Below are positions 48,696 through 62,100 of a stretch of DNA of 64,000 nucleotides, in pieces. The stretch spans positions 267,110 to 331,109 of the forward strand of contig MWCT01000001.1 of NCBI GenBank assembly GCA_002070185.1, written 5' to 3'. The DNA comes from a candidate division BRC1 bacterium ADurb.Bin183. Its GTDB lineage: Bacteria > Sumerlaeota > Sumerlaeia > MWCT01. Positions within the stretch are counted from its first letter, which is position 1. Each line of letters starts with the position of its first letter. A program made the position numbers and the translations under genes. Under the pieces are notes generated by a model that worked only from the letters and a program-made list of their open reading frames with translations, ran no database searches and was not told where the DNA came from.

Positions 48696-49865
48696 ATGAG
48701 GCGGCAAATTATTATTTTTACTCTCATTTTCGCCGCTGCGCTTTTGCAGACGGCGGGCGCTTTGGCGCAAATCGAAGCGGAGCCATCGGGATTTTTATCG
48801 AATGTTCAAGTTAGCTCCGATGAACTAAACATCGCCGCAAATGAAAAAACTCGCATCGAATTCAGATTAACACAATCCGCCAAAGTCACGCTCGTGATTT
48901 ACAACGCCGGACATGTTCCTGTTCGGACGCTGGCAACAGACCTGCCATGCGCGGCGGGAGTGAATGCGCTCGAATGGAACGGACGCGATGACGCCGGCGC
49001 GCCGGTTCCCGATGAGGCGTATTATTTTACCATCTCTGCGGTGGGCTCTCGGCAGCAGGTCGCCTCATTTGATCCCGCGCTCACATCCGGCGGCGAACGC
49101 ATCAAGTTCGGCGACGACAACCTGAAGTTTGACGCCGAGGCAGGCGGGATTGTTTATGAGCTCCCGTATGCCGCGCGAGTTCAAATCCGCATCGGCGTTA
49201 CAAACGGTCCTCTTTTGAAAACCCTTGTGCAATGGGCGCCAAGAAAAAAGGGGCGCCATTGCGAGCCGTGGGATCGCAAAGACGCCAGCGGTAGTATCAC
49301 GTTGACTGAGTTGAAAAATTTACGCATTCTGGGACGCGCCATGGCGCTGCCCGAAAAAAGCATCATCGTCAAAGGCGGCGGCGCGGCAAGCGCATCAACC
49401 GAACCCGTTACGCAGGACACGGCATTGCGCAGAACCGCCGTGGATGCCTCTCTGGCAAAAAGGGCGCGCCCCATCGAACCCGCCGCATGGACGCCTTTCG
49501 GCAAAAACACAGACCCTGTTTTTTCGCTCTCGCTGAAATCGGATAAGAACGCCGTTGATACTAAATCCGCGCCCCCATCATCCGAAAAAGGCGTCGCCGT
49601 TCGCGGAGAAACGGCATTCGAAATCGCCCTTGATGACGCCGCGCGCATGGCTCTTATGGAGCAGCGCTTTGAGATAGTATTTTTCGTTGATTATTCCCTT
49701 ATAGGAGAAGTGGAGCAGGGCTACTCGCCCTATACTTGGGTTTGGGACTCGACATCTGTTGCGGATGGACAGCATGTGATAACATTCAACGTTTCCGGTA
49801 TGAACGATCAGATAGGCGCCCAGTCTCTGATTGTTGATGTGCAAAACGGCATCGCTGAAAAGTGA
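48696..49865 (+). CDS. Secreted protein with FlgD-Ig-like beta-sandwich domain(s)
   Basis: Signal peptide; VTLVIYNAGHVPVRTLA...LEWNGRDDAGAPVPDEAYYFTISA resembles the FlgD immunoglobulin-like domain pattern. Confidence 0.4.
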   Translation: MRRQIIIFTLIFAAALLQTAGALAQIEAEPSGFLSNVQVSSDELNIAANEKTRIEFRLTQSAKVTLVIYNAGHVPVRTLATDLPCAAGVNALEWNGRDDAGAPVPDEAYYFTISAVGSRQQVASFDPALTSGGERIKFGDDNLKFDAEAGGIVYELPYAARVQIRIGVTNGPLLKTLVQWAPRKKGRHCEPWDRKDASGSITLTELKNLRILGRAMALPEKSIIVKGGGAASASTEPVTQDTALRRTAVDASLAKRARPIEPAAWTPFGKNTDPVFSLSLKSDKNAVDTKSAPPSSEKGVAVRGETAFEIALDDAARMALMEQRFEIVFFVDYSLIGEVEQGYSPYTWVWDSTSVADGQHVITFNVSGMNDQIGAQSLIVDVQNGIAEK

Positions 49866-49868
49866 GGT

Positions 49869-50420
49869 TTGGTTATGAAACAAAAACGCATCTTCATTTT
49901 ATGCGCCATGAGTTTGGGAATTCTTGCGCCGCTTTTTGCGGGCGATATCGGACTGCGGGGCGAGCTCAACGGCATCGGCGCAGAGTTTTCGCTGCATGTT
50001 TACCTCCAAAACGTTTATGATATTCATGGGCTTGCCTTTGATTTGGTCTATACCACGACGAGCCTTCAATTGAAAGACAGAGACGGCAATCTCGGCAATG
50101 GGGCGCAGCCTGTTATTCAGGAGTGGGGCGTCTTGAGCGAGGGCAATAAAGCGACCGTTCTTATGGAAGGCGCGCTGGAGATGGAACGCGCCGGACGCCT
50201 TGTTATGGGGGCAACGCGAACAGGCTCTCTTGCCGGCGTGGACATTGCCGGACAGAATTCCATCTTAAGCGTGGCAATGATTCTCTTGAAAAATCCGCCG
50301 ACTGCGCCTGTTCTTCAAAATATATATGCGGAGGATCACTGGGGCAATCCCATAGAGTTGAACATTCTGCCGACAGAACTTTATAATCTGCCGCCTATGA
50401 GCCTTTGGCTTTTGCGATAA
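49869..50420 (+). CDS. Small secreted protein, possible cohesin-like beta-sandwich
   Basis: 183 aa with signal peptide. The segment EFSLHVYLQNVYDIHGLAFDLVYTTTSLQL loosely fits the cohesin-domain pattern (V.V......I....F.L.YD...L). Weak, recognition only. Confidence 0.3.
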   Translation: MVMKQKRIFILCAMSLGILAPLFAGDIGLRGELNGIGAEFSLHVYLQNVYDIHGLAFDLVYTTTSLQLKDRDGNLGNGAQPVIQEWGVLSEGNKATVLMEGALEMERAGRLVMGATRTGSLAGVDIAGQNSILSVAMILLKNPPTAPVLQNIYAEDHWGNPIELNILPTELYNLPPMSLWLLR

Positions 50421-50441
50421 ATCATAAAAGGGTGGTTCGCC

Positions 50442-51449
50442 ATGAAATTGAAAAGTTTTTTATTGTTTCTTGTGTTTTTGCCGCTTGTGGGATGCAAGGA
50501 CGGAGCAAAGGGAAATTATGTTACCGCCTATACCGCCCACGACCAGATTTATTCCGAGCCGGTTTTTCAACTTTTCACGGAAAAGACCGGCATCGAGGTG
50601 CGGGCGGTTTATGACACGGAGGCGGTCAAGACCGCCGGTCTGGTGGCGCGTCTGATGGCGGAGGAAAAATCCCCGCAGTGCGACGTCTTTTGGAATAATG
50701 AAATCATTCGCACCATCGCCCTTAAAAAGAAAGGGATGCTGCAGCGTTACCAATCGCCGGAGGCGGCGATGTATCCGTCCGAATATCGCGACTCGGATGG
50801 TTTTTGGACCGGGTTTGGCGGCAGGGCGCGCGTGTTTATCTACAACAAGAATTTGATTAAGGATACTTCGGAGCTGCCCAATTCTATCTTTGCGCTCAAA
50901 GACCCCGCTTGGAAAGGGAAAACTGCCATCGGCAAGCCGCTCTTCGGCACAACGGCAACACATGCCGCTTTCCTTTTTGCCAAAATGGGTTCCTCCAATG
51001 CGAAACAATTTTTATTGGATATGAAAAAAAATGAAGTCATCGTAACAGCGGGCAACGCTATGGTCAGGGACATGGTCGCGCACGGGCGCGTGCCGTTGGG
51101 GCTGACGGACACCGATGATGTAAACGGCGCCATCGAGGACGGTTTTCCTGTGGATATGATTTACCCCGATTCTGACGCCGATAAAACGCTGGTTATTCCA
51201 AACACCGTTTCGCTTATCAAAGGCGCGCCGCATCCCGAAAACGGCAAACGGCTGATAGATTTTCTCCTCTCCCGAGAGACGGAGGAATTTCTAAATAGAA
51301 ATCGCGCGGCGCAGATTCCGCTTCGCACAGACGCAACATCCAATGCCCGCATTCCGGCGCTTAAAGACATCCCCTATGAGCATGTGGACTGGGAAAAGGT
51401 TGCGGACGCTCTGGATGAAAGCACGGAGTTTATTCAAAAAGAGTTTTAA
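50442..51449 (+). CDS. ABC transporter periplasmic substrate-binding lipoprotein (FbpA/iron(III)-type family)
   Basis: Lipoprotein signal (LVGCKDG); length and pattern typical of a type-2 periplasmic binding protein of the Fe3+/thiamine/polyamine cluster. Confidence 0.6.
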   Translation: MKLKSFLLFLVFLPLVGCKDGAKGNYVTAYTAHDQIYSEPVFQLFTEKTGIEVRAVYDTEAVKTAGLVARLMAEEKSPQCDVFWNNEIIRTIALKKKGMLQRYQSPEAAMYPSEYRDSDGFWTGFGGRARVFIYNKNLIKDTSELPNSIFALKDPAWKGKTAIGKPLFGTTATHAAFLFAKMGSSNAKQFLLDMKKNEVIVTAGNAMVRDMVAHGRVPLGLTDTDDVNGAIEDGFPVDMIYPDSDADKTLVIPNTVSLIKGAPHPENGKRLIDFLLSRETEEFLNRNRAAQIPLRTDATSNARIPALKDIPYEHVDWEKVADALDESTEFIQKEF

Positions 51450-53113
51450 TGAAAGAACAGATTACAATGCCCATGATTAGATGCGGCACAAAATGCGGCA
51501 AAGCCGAAAAAGGTTTTACCCGCTGGCAGCTGCGTGAGGCGGTTTTTCTTATTTTTGCCGTTCCTTTTTTACTGCCGCTTTTTGACCTTTTTATGGCATG
51601 GGGAGATATGGGGGCGCTGTGGAAAAGCCCCGCGGGCGGCGTTCGCCTTTTCAAAATTATGGGAAATAGCGCGCTTTTGAGTCTTTGCTGCGGGTTGGTT
51701 GCGGTGTGTCTGGGATGTCCAGCAGGAATTCTGGCGGCTGTATCGGGAGAAAGAATCCGCCTTGCCATCGGCGCGTCCAGTCTCATGCTCTTTGTCATTC
51801 CGTCCAACGTGCTTGTTGTGGGTCTTCTCACGCTTGCTTATTATATTCCGGCGCTGGATGTGTTTTTATATTCATTTATCGGCGCGGCGTTGATTCAGGG
51901 CTGGGCGCTGAGTCCGCTTGTCTTTTTCCCCGTTTACATGGCAACGCGCTCTTTCCCTCGCGAGTGGAACGATATGGGGCTGCTCGATTCCGGGCGCAGC
52001 GGCTTGATGCTGCGATTATGGTTTCCGCTGGCAGCCGTCCCCGCCTTGATGGGGGGCGGTCTGGCGATTCTTTTGAGTTATGGGGATTTTGTGATACCGG
52101 ATATTTTATTTTCGCGCAATCCACGATTCGGGATGGTTTTTTCAACGGAGATTCAGGCGGCGTTTGCGGGATTTTTTGATCTGGAGCGGGCGCGCAGGTT
52201 GGGCGCGCTTTTTATTCCTTTTCCGATTGCAATTGCCGCAGGGCTCCTTTTTTTGTTGCCCAGATTTCATGAGACGAGGGGGTTGGATGCTCATACGGTC
52301 GCGGAAGCCGCCGCCCCAAAGCCGCATCGGGAACGTTTTGATTTTGTAAAATTTGCCGTTTCGATTTTTCCTTTTATGTCATCTTTGCTGTTGATGATTT
52401 CGCTCGCGGCTCTGGCTTGGATGCTTCTGCGGGATGCCTCCGCATGGAAGGCGGTGTGGCGCTCCGCAAGCGATGAATTGTTTGGGTCGCTGATTGTCTG
52501 CGGGCTTTGCGCCGCGTTCATACTCTTTGCTGGAATTTTGATGAGTTCGCTTTTATTGATGAGACGCAACGGGAGGCGGGGCGCGCCATCGCCCGGTCTT
52601 GCCGTCTTCGGTTTTTCCGCCTTGCTTTCTTATTTTCTACCCGGCTCAATTGCAGGGGTTTTTCTGCTTAGAATCTTCAGCGTCCCGCATTTTGCCGATT
52701 TGAGAAGCACGGTCATTCCGCTTATTGCGCTTTATTTTTTGAGGGGGGCGGGGCTTGCGCTGCCGATTATTTTGATTTCCGCCGCGGCGGTTCCAGAGGA
52801 AAGGATTGCGCTTGCGCAAACGGACGGCTGCAGGTTTTGGGGACGGATTCGCCATGTGCTGGCTCCTTCGTGTTGGCGTTTTTGGCTTGCCGCGTTCATG
52901 TTGGTGTTCCCCGTTCTGATGGGCGAAACCGCAGGCGCCATGATTGTAAGCCCGCCGGGTTACACGCCGCTTTCTGTCCGCATCCAGACGGTGATGCATT
53001 ACGGACCGGGCGCTTATGTTTCAGTTTTGTGTTTGATGAGCGCCGCCTCCGCGCTGTCGGTTGTGGCGGCGGCGGGATATGTTTTTCGTAAAGGATTATT
53101 TATCACCGAATAA
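51449..53113 (+). CDS. ABC transporter permease with two fused permease domains (FbpB-like)
   Basis: 554 aa, ~12 TM helices in two homologous halves, as in iron(III) ABC permeases. Start overlaps the binding-protein stop by 1 nt (TAATG). No ATPase gene is adjacent on either side. Confidence 0.65.
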   Translation: MKEQITMPMIRCGTKCGKAEKGFTRWQLREAVFLIFAVPFLLPLFDLFMAWGDMGALWKSPAGGVRLFKIMGNSALLSLCCGLVAVCLGCPAGILAAVSGERIRLAIGASSLMLFVIPSNVLVVGLLTLAYYIPALDVFLYSFIGAALIQGWALSPLVFFPVYMATRSFPREWNDMGLLDSGRSGLMLRLWFPLAAVPALMGGGLAILLSYGDFVIPDILFSRNPRFGMVFSTEIQAAFAGFFDLERARRLGALFIPFPIAIAAGLLFLLPRFHETRGLDAHTVAEAAAPKPHRERFDFVKFAVSIFPFMSSLLLMISLAALAWMLLRDASAWKAVWRSASDELFGSLIVCGLCAAFILFAGILMSSLLLMRRNGRRGAPSPGLAVFGFSALLSYFLPGSIAGVFLLRIFSVPHFADLRSTVIPLIALYFLRGAGLALPIILISAAAVPEERIALAQTDGCRFWGRIRHVLAPSCWRFWLAAFMLVFPVLMGETAGAMIVSPPGYTPLSVRIQTVMHYGPGAYVSVLCLMSAASALSVVAAAGYVFRKGLFITE

Positions 53114-53132
53114 ACGAATTCGAGGGGAGCTT

Positions 53133-56100
53133 ATGAAAACCAAGTTGTTCCTTTCTGTGTATATGCTTTTTTTCTGCGCTTTGTTCCTGTCGGTTTATGC
53201 GCTGCCGCCGGATATAGACCAAACCGACCGCGTGGACGGCAAGGATTTAATCCGCTTTTCCCGCGCATGGCAGAAAAAAACGGGCGAGGAGGGATGGAAC
53301 GAGCGCGCCGACCTTGATTATTCGGGGCTTATTGACGAGGAGGATTATAAAATTCTCCAGCTTTATTTCGGATTGCAGGGGCGCGTCCGCCGTGTCTGGA
53401 TTTCGCAGGGAACGCCCAACACCATCATGCGTTTTGCCGATGATGGCGAACTCATCGGCAGTTTTAGCGGCGCGGGCAATCCCCGTTTGTTCGCCCTGTT
53501 CCCGGGCGACGGTTCCCTCTGGTCTCTCAATACATCGCAGGGCAAATTGTTTCATTATGATAGCAACGGACGGCTTCTTTCCACCGTGAGCGGCTTCAAT
53601 ACTCCAGCGGCGCTTTCCGTGAATGAAAAAACCGGACAGTGCTGGGTTGCCAACACTGTCAGAAAAAATGTCGTCCTTATTTCGCCGGATGTCCCCGCTG
53701 ACTATAATATCGCTTCGCAAACAGGATTTCATAAAACCATCGGCGGCTTCAATGAGCCCGTCTCCGTTTCTGTGGATTCGACGGACGGTTCCTGCTGGGT
53801 TGCCGACGCCAAAGTAAGCCAAATCATCAAACTGGACGCAAACGGAGATAAAGAGCTTTTGCGGATTGGCGGCTTTCCCAACGCCAGCCTTGTCATCGTA
53901 AATCCCGTTGACGGCGCCGTCTGGGTTGAAACAAATGATTACTTCATTAGACAAACCGTCAAATGTCTTACCAGCGGCGTCAGAATAAAAGCATTCGATT
54001 CAGGGGCGCTTCTTTGCGTCAGCCGCAATGATGGCTCCGTTCTTGTTCAAGGAACAACGTATAGCGAGGTCTGCCGCATCAGCGCAAATGGCGAAGAGAT
54101 TTTCCGCGTTGGAGGCTTCGGCTGGATTATAGCTGCCTTTGCCGATCCGGTCAGCGGCTGCTTCTGGCTGCTGGATCAAGAAAAAAATGAAGTGGTGAAA
54201 CTCTCCGCAGGCGGGGCGACGCTCCTGCGTATAGGCGGCGTTTTTGGGCAGCTTTCATCTGGCGCGATAGATGACGGCGAACCGACTTTTTCATCCTATC
54301 CCCGCGCCGCTGTTCAGGCGTCGCCGCTAAAAGGCGGCGTCCCTCTCAAAGTCTTTTTTGCCGCTCAAATAGAAAATGCGGGCGGCGCGATTTTAAATTA
54401 TCAGTGGGATTTTGACGGCGACGGTCTCTTTGACTGGATGTCTCAGACAACCGGCGATGTTAGCCACACATATGAAACACCGGGCATCTATAATCCCATT
54501 TTCCGCGCGGTGAATGAAAAGGGGCTCGCGGCGGTCAACACGTCCCTCCTCATAACAGCGGGGGAGCCGGAGATTCGCCTGGACGCAAGCCCCGCAAGCG
54601 GCGCGGCGCCTCTAAAGATCGCATTGAATACAATTCTGCTGAACATTCCCAGAACTGCTGTTCATGCCATTTTGTATGATTTGGATGGCGACGGCAATTT
54701 TGATGCGCTTTACGAAGGCAAAGATATATTGAAAGGCTTAAGTGTTTCTCACACATACCGCAAAATTGGCGACTTCTATCCGATGGCTAAAGTTGTCTTG
54801 CAGGAGGGCGGCGAGGTTTGCGCGTCCGCAACCGTGGAGGTTCATTCTCCCGCCCCAACCGTCAAGGCATCCGCCAAACCCGCGCAGGGCTACATGCCGC
54901 TTTCTGTGGAGCTTTCCGCGCAGGCAAAAGATGATGACGGCAGCGTTGTTTTATATGAATGGGATTTTGATAATGACGGCATATTCGACTGGCGCAGCAC
55001 AACGCAATCCAACGTCTTGAATGTGTATCGCCAAAAAGGCAATTTCACGGCATTGGTGCGCGTGACTGATAATGACGGCTTACAGGCGTCCGACGTTGTC
55101 CCGATTCGGGTCTTAAACAAACCGCCGGATGTGACGGCGGATGCCGAACCGCGCAAGGGAAACGTCCCGCTGTTGGTCAATCTCAAGGGACAGGCGACCG
55201 ATGCCGATGGGAGCGTTGTCCTGTATGAATGGTCGCCGAAGGGCGACGGCAATTTCATCTGGCAATCCCCCTCCGCCGGTCTGACCTCATATACCTATAC
55301 TGAGCCGGGGATTTATCATGCAACCTTTCGCGCCACAGATGACGAAGGCTCCAGCGCCACAAAAACCGTTGCCATTGAAGTGCGGAATGCGGGCAAGCCT
55401 TTTGCTTTGCCGGATGCCGCGCCCCGCAGCGGCGCCGCCCCGCTCAATGTCAATTTCACCGCCGCCGGTTCCGATGACGATGGCTCGATTGTCCTTTATG
55501 AATGGTTTTTTGAACTGCCCTACGAGCGCCTTGACCAGTTGTGGAAACGCCCCCTTGCCGATGATTATTCCTCGCCGGATTCTTATTGCGGCATCGCCTA
55601 CAACAAAGCGACCGGACATCTCATCTTTGCCTCTAACGGGGGCAAAAATTTTCCCGCTGGATTTTACATCATTGACCCGGCAACCGGTCGGACCATCGGC
55701 AAACTTTCGGAAAACGGTGTCTCATTTATGTCATTATCCTCTGCGCCGAGACGCAAGGCAATAGGCATTGCGCCCAGCGGGAAGATTTTCCATCAGGACG
55801 GCAACGGCGATATTGTGATGTGGGCGAACGAGGGCGCCAAGCCTGTCGTTGTTTATGACGACACGGAAAATGATGAATTCTCGCACACCATTGATGTTAT
55901 CGAACCGGCGGGCGTCGTGTATGTTTATACCTGCCGGTATGCGACGAAAGAGATAAAGATTTTTCGGCTCGATGGCGCGCTTCTTACGCATGTGAATACC
56001 GTTTCATGCAGCCCCGCCGGAAACACCGTCGGCACCGGCATCGCAGTTTCCGCCGATGGAAAGACTTTATACACCTCGTATAAATCTCTTGTTCTTTCGA

Positions 56101-59100
56101 AATGGGTCAGCCCGACCGGACCTTTGGGAACTTACACCCGCGACGCAACTTTTGCCCCGACTCAAACCGCGCCGGAATCCATCGCGCTGGGTTATGCGGA
56201 GTCTTTTCCGGAAAAGCCGACCGCGCTTCTTGGAACTCTGCATGATTCCCCGGCTGATAAGATATTCTTCTTTGATGCCGCCGGCGTAGAGTCGAGAAGT
56301 CCCGCCTTGATTGAAGGCGCGGGTTACCGTTCTTACGCATCGGATATTGATGTGGATTGGGAGAATCGCCGTATTTTTTACGGTTTTGGTGTGAACGGAA
56401 TCGGCTGCATTCATTTTTCGCCCGGCGCTTACTGGTCGTCTCCAACCCCCGGCACAATCGCGCACCAATATAACGTCTGGGGCGTTTATCATCCCATGCT
56501 CCGCGTGAGGGATAATTCCGGCTTCACGGACGAAACCGCTCTGGAGATTAACGTTCTTTCCCCTCCGTCTGCGAAAATTATTTTCCCTGAAAATAATGTG
56601 ATATCTTATCGCAACAACCTCATATTCCGCGGTTCGGGCGAGGACAAGGACGGACAGATTGTCAAATATGAATGGGACTTTGACGGCGACGGGACTTGGG
56701 ACTGGGCATCGGATAAAGAGGAGAATGCGACGTGGGCGGATGCCGATTTTGCCGAACACAACGCCTTTTTTCGCGTGACCGATTCGGACGGGCTGCAGGA
56801 TACTGTCTCGACTCATTACAAGATTGTTTCCAGCGCGCCAAAAGTTGCCGCTCAGGCGGAGCCCGCCCGAGGCAACGTCCCTGTAACCGTCACGTTCAAT
56901 GGAACCGCAACAGACGCCGATGGATGGATTCTTGATTATATGTGGGACTTTGATGGCGACGGGATTTTTGACTGGTTCAATGGAGAGCCGCGCGGCGCGG
57001 TGATTGCATGCACAAGCGAATCGCCCAATTCAAAGGCGGATAAGCTCATTGACGGCAGCCTTGCCACCAACAACTATTGGTTGAGCGCCGCTAACCCCGC
57101 CTTTCCCATTGATATCACCTTCAAACTCAAAGGCGACACCAGCCAGCAGATAGACCGAATCATACTCAGCACGAAAAACCCCATATCCGCCAACTATCGA
57201 GTAAAGGACTTTGAAGCGCATATAACCGATGAGGAAACCGCTGAAAATTTCGTCCCTTGGATTCGCGGAACAATGAACAGCGTTGCAGAAGAACAGACCT
57301 TTACATCTATCACATTAAGCGCAAAATATGTCAAACTGCGCATCCTTTCCGTCGAGAAAGGAACATCTTATGCGTCGCTGGGCGAATTTGAGGTTTATGC
57401 AGGCAAGAGAAATGTTCTCACCAATCCGGGCGCAAAAGCGACTTACATTTTCAATACACCCGGAATATACAATGCCGAACTTCGCGTCATTGATAACGAC
57501 GGTTTCGCCGGCAGCGATGTGATTCCTATCCAAGTCAATGCCAGCAATTCCCCAGCGGCGTCCATTATCGCCATGGAGCCTTCGCCGGGATGGCGAACCG
57601 AACCCATCCTTTTCATGGGTATCGGCGAGGACGCCAACGGTCAGGTGGTTAAATATGAATGGGATTTGGAGGGCGACGGGACTTACGATTTGGAGCAGAC
57701 CAAATCCGGCAGCGTTGTTTCATGGACAAGCCAATATAACACCACCACCTACGCCGCGAAAAATATTATTGACGGTCTGGCGGAGAATAGCAAGGGCTGG
57801 CGTTCCAACAGCGTCAACTTCCCGCAGGAACTTGTCATGCAGCTTGCCGATGCCGAAGGGGGCTCGCCGGTCAATCTGGCGTGTGTCGCCATCAATGTTG
57901 CGATAGGAAATCCCAATAACAATTGCGCAAAGGATTTCACTGTTTCCGTTTCCTCAACCGCCGCCGACTCCGGCTTTTCAGATGTCGGTTCATTTCAGGC
58001 GATGCGGAGCAAGGGATATCAGATTTTCACTTTTGCGCCCGCGCCGGCTCGCTGGCTGAAAATCTCCGTCACATCAAATTACGGCGGCGGATTCGTGGAG
58101 ATTGCTGAAATCTGCGCAGCGGGCAAGCCGCCTGCGCGCAACCAGCTCGCGCCCGGCGGCGCCTTTGCCCAGTATAATTTCAGCGGAAATTACAAGCCGA
58201 CCTTTCGCGTTACAGATAATGATGGTTTGATGGATTGGGCATCGCAAAAACTCGTCATCAATTCCGAGTCGCAAAAACTCGGCAGCGTCTGGGTGGCGGT
58301 TACAGGGGCGCATACGGTGAAACGGCTATCGCCTATGGGCGATGAACTCTGGTCGTTTGAATCGCTCCGTTTTCCATGGTCTGTCGCCGCCAATGTCAAC
58401 ACAAAGGATTGCTGGATTGCCAATACGCAGGGGCATAATGTTGTTAAACTCGATCCGCAGGGGGCGGAGAAGCTCCGCATTGCCGGATACAACAACCTTA
58501 AAAAAGTCGAGGTGAATCCGGTGAACGGCGTCTGCTGGGTCAGCGACACTTCCAATCATCAAGTGGTGCGATTGAGCGCGGATGGGACTCAGGAGGCGCG
58601 CATCAGCGGGTTTAGCGGTCCCACCGGGCTATCGGTATATCAGGCGGATGGCTCCTGTTGGGTGGCGGATGTGTATAATAATGGGCGCGTTGTCAAACTT
58701 GCGGCGAACACCCCTGATGGGTATGATATCAGCACGCAGACGGGTTTTCATATTTTCCGCACGGGATTCAGGGAGCCGCAAGCCCTCGCGGTCAATCAGA
58801 TGGATGGAACGTGTGTTGTGGCGGATAATAAGAACAATCAGGTCGTCCTTTTAAATGAGGAGGCAAGTGAGGAAATATGGCGCATCAGCGGCATCGGCAG
58901 CCCCATCGGCATCAGCGTCAATCCCCGAGATGGCAATATCTGGGTTGCCGACCAGTCAAGCCACCGCGTTGTGCGGCTTGCTCCCGACGGAAATGAAGTG
59001 TTTCGCGTCAGCGGTTTTAATCATCCAGGCGCTATCAGCGTTAATAACCTTGATGGAACATGCTGGGTGGCGGACACGGATAACAATCGGGTGGTAAAAC

Positions 59101-62100
59101 TTGCGCCTAATGGAAATATCATTTTGACCCAAACCGGAAACACCCAGCCGCGCGGCATTTATGTGGATTCAGGCGAGGGGGCGTTCAACCCCGCGCCGAC
59201 ATTCAAGGCAATTGCCGGAGCCTCCGCGCTGGAAGGAGCCGTGCCTCTTGTCGTCTCGTTCACCGCCGCATCGCAGGGCGGCGGAAATATCATACGTTAC
59301 GAGTGGGATTTTGAAGGCGACGGCGTTTTCGATTACAGCTCCCCAGCCACCGGCGATGTGGAACATGTGTATGAAGATTTCGGCATCTTCAATGCTGTGT
59401 TGAGAATAACCGATGAAAATCATCAGGTGGCTTATGATTATCACTTGATTCTCAAAGCACAGGGCATAAGGGCGACCGCAATCGCCATCCCCACTGAGGG
59501 TTTTGCTCCCCTGAGCGTGGTTTTTTCCCATGCGGGATTTTCGCAAAACCCAATAACAAAATATGAATGGGATTTCAACGGCGATGGAAAAATTGACAGA
59601 CAGACATCCGATGCCGCCGCCAAACTTACATATACCTATAATCGGGCGGGGACATGGACGGCGTTTCTGACTGTGACAGACTCAGCTGGCAAAACCGCCC
59701 AAACTGCCGTTGTGTTGAACATCGCTCCAAACCCGCCTGACGTGCACAATGCGTTGGTGTCAACGCGAATCGTTTTGGGACGGACGCTTGTCAGTTTTGA
59801 CGCCACAAGGGCGTTTGACTATGATGGCAGCATTGTCCTTTATGAATGGGACTATGACGGCGACGGCATTTATGATTGGCATTCAAAAACGCCTCTTATT
59901 GCGGAATATGTTTATCCCGCGCCCGGAATATACCGCCCCATATTCCGCGCCACAGATAATGACGGGTTGTCTTCAACTAAACAATTTGAATTAACCATTC
60001 CTAATTCCGCGCCAGTTGCTAAAGCCAATGCAGAGCCAGCCATCGGACGCGCCCCGCTCACCGTTCAATTCTCCGGCGATTGCGCCGATTATGATGGCAG
60101 CATCGCCCTTTATGAATGGGATTTCAACGGCGACGAGATTTACGATTGGTCGTCCAATCTGACGGCGACAGTCAGCCATTCCTACAACACGCCGGCGGAA
60201 TACACGGCAACGCTTCGCGTCACGGATAATCTGGGCGCGACCGCAACCAGCAGCGTTCCCATTTCTGTCAAGAATACAAACGACCCCATTGTGGCGCTCA
60301 ACGGCGCGCCGCTGGAAGGCGTCTTTCCGCTGCTTGTGAATTTTAACGCCGTTCCCCAAAACCCCGCAAATCCCATCGTGCGCTATGAATGGGATTTCGG
60401 CGAGGCAAAATGGACAGAGGCGGACGGCTATTTGCGACAGATGCTCTGGCTCGGCGCGTTCAAGGCAACAGGCGGCAATGATGTGACAAGCCACATGCCT
60501 GATATTGAAAAAGGCAACCCCTCTGATAAAGACACCTTTGCCGGTCGTGTCTGGTCGAAAACAAATTCATCCTCAAGCGGCATTTTCAATCTTGTGCCAA
60601 AATTCGGCGGCAAAAAGAATTTCGCTTATAGTCTTGTTTATCTTTACTCGAAAGAGGCGCAGCGCGTCCGATTTAGTTACGGCGCCAAAGACTCTGCTCG
60701 ATTCTGGATTAATGAAAGCCTTGTGGAAACAAGGGTTTTTTCCGGCTCATTTGCCTTTGACCAATTTCAGTTTGAGGCGGACCTAAAGGCGGGATGGAAC
60801 AAGGTTCTTGTTGCTGTTTCCCATGAAACGAGTTCATGGGCATTCGCCTGTCGAATCACCGACCTTGCCAACGCGCCGATTCGTTTTTTGCATTCCGTTG
60901 TGGAGCCTTATTCGGCTTCGCCCTTTGTGCAAAACGGCGCCGCCACCGCCTCGTTTGGTTATCGGCATCCGGGGGTGTATAATGTCAAAGTAACAGCTTA
61001 TGATTCTGCGGCAAAGCAGGCTTCCGCTGAACTGTCTGTCAGGGTTTTGAATAACCCCATACCGGTTGCCCTGCCAAGGGTGCATCCCCTGAGCGGACCT
61101 GCCCCTCTTTCGTGCCGATTCGAAACAAATGCAAAGGTTTCGACGGGTGTGATTTACTATTATACATGGGATCTTGGGGACGGTCGAACTTTTGACGACT
61201 GCGGCAATATTCCGCGAAATTTCAGCCATACGTATTATTTCCCCGGAGTTTATCGCGCGACGCTTTTTGTTAAGGATGACGCCGGTATAATCGGGCAGGG
61301 CAGCGTTGATATCACCGTTTTTGATGCCGAAAAAATCACTGCAGAAATAGAGGCGTCGCCTATTTCCGGCAAAGCGCCGCTCGACGTTCAATTCATCGGG
61401 CGAGTCAAAAGCATTTCTGGCATGGTTCGGCTCTTTGAATGGGATTTCAATGGCGATGGTATTTATGACCTTAACGGACCTGACGCCGCTGAACCGCTAT
61501 TCAAATTCACAACACCCGGACAATACACCGTGAAACTGCGCGTTACGGACGACCGCGGCAATAAAGCAACCGCGGAAAAGACGATTTATGCGGGCGTGTC
61601 CGCCGGACCTCAAATTCAAATCACGGCGAATCCCGAAAGCGGCGCCGCCTCGTGTATAATCGCATTTGAGGCGGATGTGAAACCGGGCGATAATTCAGAT
61701 ATTAACATCGAATGGGATTTTGACGGAAATGGAACTTATGATGAAATTACCTCGCTTGGAGCGGACGGAAAATCCGCAACTTCCCATATCTACACGCTGC
61801 CCGGGTTGTATAATGTCCGGGCTCGCGCCAAAGACGGACTGGGGCGCATCGGCGAAACCGCCCTTTCGCTGCCCATCGCCTTTTCTATCAACGCATGGCG
61901 CAGCGCCGAGGTTTTGTCCCCGCTTCTCAATCAGACTATGAGCGTGCAGTCTGTCATCGGCTCGCCTGCGCGGATAACGGTCTGGATTGAAAATGCAAAA
62001 GGCGAGGTTGTGAAATATCTGGCGCAGGATGCAGATCGCGCCGCCGGATACTACTCCGATGTCTGGGACGGATGCGACAGCGGCGGGAATTATGCGCCTC

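Noticed and set aside
53247-53954. 235-aa minus-strand ORF
   Set aside because: Antisense to the 5' part of the giant surface-protein gene.
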